Shown: in pieces, positions 60,453 through 64,000 of the stretch
Layout: each line of letters begins with the position of its first letter
Position numbering within the stretch: position 1 is the stretch's first letter
Source: an uncultured delta proteobacterium
GTDB taxonomy: Bacteria; Myxococcota_A; Polyangia; Polyangiales; Polyangiaceae
Assembly: GCA_963716725.1 (NCBI GenBank)
Contig: CAVQUB010000005.1
Span: 320,001 to 384,000, forward strand
DNA: 64,000 nt
Reading direction: 5' to 3'
The notes under the pieces: model-generated
The model's input: only the letters and a program-made list of their open reading frames with translations
Databases searched by the model: none
What the model was told of the DNA's origin: nothing
Position numbers and translations under genes: made by a program

Positions 60453-61345
60453 CGGATCCTCACGCGGTGGCGTACGAGCAGGCGAGCTGAGATGTTCAGG
60501 ATCAGGACCATGCCGACCAGGACCATGGCTGCGGCCCAGGCCTTCCTGTGCCAGTCGTCGTAGGGTGAGACCGCGTAGGTGTAGATCTGCACCGGCAGCG
60601 AGGCCGTCGGTTGTGTGAGGCCGGCGGGCCAGAACGAGTTGTTGAAGGCCGTGAACAGCAGCGGCGCCGTCTCGCCGGCGACCCGCGCGATGGCGAGCAT
60701 GATGCCCGTCGCGATGCCTGGCGCTGCCGTGCGCAGCACGACTTGGAGTGTCGCTCGCCACTTGGGAACCCCGAGACCGAGCGCGGCTTCGCGCAGCGAT
60801 GCGGGCACGAGCCGGAGCAGCTCTTCGGTGGTGCGAGTGACCGTCGGCAGCATCAAGACGGCGAGGGCGATCCCGCCGGCGTAAGCCGAGAAGCTCTTGG
60901 TGCGCAGCACGATCAGCGTGTAGACGAAGATCCCGACCGTGATGCTCGGCACGCCGGACATCACGTCCGCCGAGAAGCGAACCAACGTGGCGAAGCGGTT
61001 CTGCCCGAACTCCGCCAGGTAGATCCCGGCCAGCACGCCCGGCGGGATGCCGAACACGCAGGCGAGCCCGACCAGCTCGAGGGTGCCGACCAGCGCGTTG
61101 GCCATGCCGCCGCCCTCTTCGCCGACCGGCTTCGGCAACTCGGTGAAGAACGCCAGATCGATGCCGCCGATCCCCCGCGAGGTCACGTAGTAGAGGACGA
61201 GCCCCAGCGGGATCAGGGCGAGCACCGTCGCGACGAGGCAGAGGCCGCGCACCAGGGCATCGATGATCTTGCGCCGGCTGTGGCGCTCGGTCAGCGGCTC
61301 CCGCGGCGCGGGCGGCTCTCTCGGCGCGGGCGTCGAGGGCGTCAT
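60449..61345 (-). CDS. pstA: Phosphate ABC transporter permease
   Basis: [17 protein letters not shown] and [10 protein letters not shown]. Confidence 0.95.
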   Translation of the reverse strand: MTPSTPAPREPPAPREPLTERHSRRKIIDALVRGLCLVATVLALIPLGLVLYYVTSRGIGGIDLAFFTELPKPVGEEGGGMANALVGTLELVGLACVFGIPPGVLAGIYLAEFGQNRFATLVRFSADVMSGVPSITVGIFVYTLIVLRTKSFSAYAGGIALAVLMLPTVTRTTEELLRLVPASLREAALGLGVPKWRATLQVVLRTAAPGIATGIMLAIARVAGETAPLLFTAFNNSFWPAGLTQPTASLPVQIYTYAVSPYDDWHRKAWAAAMVLVGMVLILNISARLLVRHRVRIR

Positions 61346-62328
61346 GCTCGGGCTCCTTCCGGCGGGCGGCCCACACGCCACACCAGCGCGCGCGCGACGA
61401 TGTTCAGGATCAGCGTCAGCGCGAAGAGCAGGAGGCCGATCTCCGCCAGGGCGCCCAGGTGGATGTCGCCCGTGGCCTCGGTGAACTCGTTGGCGATGAC
61501 GCTCGCCATGGTGTACCCGGGCGCGAAGAGCGAGACGCTGATGTCGGCGCGATTGCCGATCACCATGGTGATGGCCATGGTCTCGCCCAGCGCGCGGCCG
61601 AGCCCCAGGATGATCGCGCCGACGATGCCCGATCGGGCGTAGGGCAGAATGGCGTAGCGCAGGGCCTCCCAGCGGGTTGATCCGAGGGCGAAGGCGCCTT
61701 CACGCAGCGTGTCGGGCACGGCGCGCAGCACCTCGCGCGACACGCTGGAGATGGTCGGCGTGATCATGATCGCCAAGATGATCCCACCGGCGAGCATGCC
61801 GAAGCCTTGGTGCGGGCCGCGAAAGAGCGGCAGAAATCCCAGCGCGTTGCCCAGGAAGGGCTCGGCGTGATTCCTGAGGAAGGGCGCCAGGGCGAAGATG
61901 CCCCAGAGGCCGTAGATCACGCTGGGCACCGCCGCGAGTAACTCGACCAAGAAGCTCACCGGAGATCGGAGCCAAGGGGGCGCGAACTCGGTGAGGAAGA
62001 TGGCGACACCGAGCGAGATCGGGACCGCGATGCAGAGCGCGAGGATCGAAGAGACCAGCGTACCGTAGATGAAGGGCAGCGCGCCAAAGGAGTCCCGCAC
62101 CGGATCCCAGTCGCGTCCGACGATGAATCGCCAGCCCGAGTGGGCGATGGAGGGACGCGCCGCGATCCACATCTCCATGGTCATCGCGCCGAGCACGAGC
62201 ACGATCGAGAGGCCGAAGAGCGCGGCGACCGAGCGGAACAGCACGTCACCCAGGTTCACCTCCGAGCCGAGTAGCGCGAGCAGGCGCGGTCTGCGCCGAG
62301 TCAGAGGCACGTCCGTCCGCGGGGCCAT
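61342..62328 (-). CDS. pstC: Phosphate ABC transporter permease
   Basis: [15 protein letters not shown] and GRALGETMA. Confidence 0.95.
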   Translation of the reverse strand: MAPRTDVPLTRRRPRLLALLGSEVNLGDVLFRSVAALFGLSIVLVLGAMTMEMWIAARPSIAHSGWRFIVGRDWDPVRDSFGALPFIYGTLVSSILALCIAVPISLGVAIFLTEFAPPWLRSPVSFLVELLAAVPSVIYGLWGIFALAPFLRNHAEPFLGNALGFLPLFRGPHQGFGMLAGGIILAIMITPTISSVSREVLRAVPDTLREGAFALGSTRWEALRYAILPYARSGIVGAIILGLGRALGETMAITMVIGNRADISVSLFAPGYTMASVIANEFTEATGDIHLGALAEIGLLLFALTLILNIVARALVWRVGRPPEGARA

Positions 62329-62329
62329 G

Positions 62330-63430
62330 TCATCCGCCTGGGTTCAGCTTCTCGGTGCCCGATCGCAGCGACCGGAGGCGCTCCTCGGTCTTCTCGATGA
62401 GCGGGGCGGGGAGCGGCGCGTAGTCGAGGTCAGCCGCGAACTTCTGGCCGTCGTGAATGGCCCACCACAGGAACTTCGCCAGGGCCTGACCCTTGTCCTT
62501 GTCCTTCGCGTCCTCGTAGACCAAGAGGTAGGTGAACGACGAGATGGGGTAGGCGTTGGCGCCCGCGGGATCAGTCAGCGAAGCCGTGAGCGACTCGCCG
62601 ACCTCGACGCCAGCGGCGGCGGCCGTGATGCTCTCGGCCGTCGGCTGCACGAACTTGCCAGCCTTGTTCTTCAGCTGCGCGATGGGCAGCTTGTTCTGGC
62701 GGGCGTAAGCCAGCTCGACGTAGCCGATGGTGAAGGGCGTGGTCTTCACCTGACCGGTCACGCCTTCGTTGCCCTTGGCGCCCAGGCCGACCGGCCACTT
62801 CACGCTCTTTCCCGCTCCGACCCTGTCCTTGTATTCGCTCGAGACCTTCGCCAAGTAGTCGGTGAACACCGCGGTCGTGCCGCTGCCATCGGAGCGGTAG
62901 ACGACGGCGATGGATTGGTCGGGCAGCTTGGCGCCGGGATTCTCCGCGGCGAGCTTGGGGTCGTTCCACTTCTTGATGGTGCCGAGGTAGACGCCGGCGA
63001 TCGCATCAGCGCTCAGCTTCAGCGGCGAGCTCAGCTCCGGAAGGTTGTAGGTGAGCACTACTGCGCCGAGCGTCGTGGGGATGTGATGCAGCTTGGCCGG
63101 TGCCTTCTGCGCTTCGTCGGCGGTCATCGGCGCGTCCGTCGCGCCGAAGTCGACGGTCTTCGCGCTGATCTGCCGGATGCCTCCGCCGGAGCCGATGGAC
63201 TGGTAGTTGATCCGGATGGTCGGGTTCGCCTTGTTGTATTCGCTCATCCACTTGCTGTAGAGCGGGTACGGGAAGGTCGCGCCGGCGCCGTTGAGTGTCA
63301 CCGCGCCGGTGACCGTGGGGCCGCCCGATCCGCTCCCCGGCCGAGTGGACGAGTCGGGCTTCGAGCAAGCGAACACAGCAGCGAGCGGCAGGCAGGCGAG
63401 ACCGAGAACCAGATTTCTTCGAGCGATCAT
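62330..63430 (-). CDS. pstS: Phosphate-binding lipoprotein
   Basis: GAGATFP.P, YQSIGSGGG, DFGATD, RSDGSGTT and YPI motifs. Confidence 0.96.
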   Translation of the reverse strand: MIARRNLVLGLACLPLAAVFACSKPDSSTRPGSGSGGPTVTGAVTLNGAGATFPYPLYSKWMSEYNKANPTIRINYQSIGSGGGIRQISAKTVDFGATDAPMTADEAQKAPAKLHHIPTTLGAVVLTYNLPELSSPLKLSADAIAGVYLGTIKKWNDPKLAAENPGAKLPDQSIAVVYRSDGSGTTAVFTDYLAKVSSEYKDRVGAGKSVKWPVGLGAKGNEGVTGQVKTTPFTIGYVELAYARQNKLPIAQLKNKAGKFVQPTAESITAAAAGVEVGESLTASLTDPAGANAYPISSFTYLLVYEDAKDKDKGQALAKFLWWAIHDGQKFAADLDYAPLPAPLIEKTEERLRSLRSGTEKLNPGG

Positions 63431-63466
63431 GGTCCGACTCTCTTAGCCGTCGAGAGCGGCGCGCCT

Positions 63467-63495
63467 GCGACAAGCGCGTGACGATTGGGTGACGC
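63467..63495 (-). promoter_or_regulatory. Pho-box-like direct repeats
   Basis: Minus strand GTCAC-N6-GTCAC-N6-GTCGC with exact 11-bp period, upstream of pstS. Confidence 0.65.
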
Positions 63496-63499
63496 TCGC

Positions 63500-64000
63500 T
63501 CAGAAGGCGACTTGCGCGGCCAGGATCAGCTCGTGGCGAGTCGTGGCGAGGTCGGAGTCGAACACGCTGTAGCTCGCCTGGAGCTTCATCTCGTGCTTCC
63601 TCAAGTAGTAGTTGAAGCCGCCTTCATACACCCAGGACTCGTCCTCCTTGGCGGTCGAGTCCTCTTTGGTGTTCGGGTCGATGAAGCCGATGCGCGCGAT
63701 GGGCTGCAGGCGGTCGAAGAAGGTGTAGCCCGCGGCCGCGTAGAATCCTTGACCGGGGATGCGATCCGCTCCGGTTACCGGCACGTCCCAGGAACGGACG
63801 TACTCGGCCTGCAGCAGCGCGCCGGCCGCCTCGACGCGGAGCTCGCCGTCGACGCGGTCCTTGGTGCCGGCACGATCTCGCTCGGTGACGCCCATGTACC
63901 CGACCGCGCCCAGCATGATCTGTTTGATAGGGTAGGCTTCGACTCGGAGGCCGACGTCCTTCTGGTTGTTCGAGTCCGCCTTGTTTTGCCCCTCGCCGTT
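63500..64000 (-). CDS. Outer-membrane porin, probably phosphate-selective (OprO/OprP-like); partial
   Basis: Amphipathic strands, LQAEY, GFNYY...KLQASY and C-terminal Phe; directly upstream of pstS; starts beyond the window. Confidence 0.7.
   Translation of the reverse strand, partial: NGEGQNKADSNNQKDVGLRVEAYPIKQIMLGAVGYMGVTERDRAGTKDRVDGELRVEAAGALLQAEYVRSWDVPVTGADRIPGQGFYAAAGYTFFDRLQPIARIGFIDPNTKEDSTAKEDESWVYEGGFNYYLRKHEMKLQASYSVFDSDLATTRHELILAAQVAF

Noticed and set aside
59580..61376. 598-aa PstB
   Set aside because: The real start is ATG 60452, overlapping the pstA stop; the upstream part is an alternative frame of pstA.

Overview
High-GC window from a myxobacterium, probably Polyangia/Polyangiaceae-like. 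This is inferred from Gly-rich and Cys-rich lipoproteins, a MYXO-CTERM tail, sigma-54 promoters and an FHA-GGDEF protein. From left to right: (1) a coupled pair of HSP90-like GHKL ATPases; (2) a tandem array of five DUF4139-family exported proteins (order A-B-B-A-B) that are highly similar within each type except for one 22-23 aa hypervariable segment, the best candidate for an undescribed system; (3) a decayed IS630 carrying a nested ~520-bp GxxExxY-nuclease insertion with inverted repeats and a 7-bp direct repeat; (4) surface lipoproteins, hydrolases and a diguanylate cyclase; (5) a sigma-54-preceded operon of c-type heme lipoproteins with DUF3570/DUF4266; (6) housekeeping genes trmO, a UbiB-family kinase, aat, cysD and cysNC; (7) a small sigma-54 regulon beside its NtrC-type activator and hybrid kinase; (8) a glutaredoxin gene broken by a 53-bp internal inversion; (9) a decayed integron-cassette-like island with two HEPN-motif genes, a DAC-domain gene, DUF559 and attC-like sites, partly bounded by a duplicated phoU 3' end; (10) the porin-pstSCAB-phoU phosphate locus with a Pho-box-like repeat. 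Several single-base +1 frameshifts look like sequencing errors. No rRNA, tRNA or CRISPR array was seen. All family assignments come from motif recognition by eye, not database searches.
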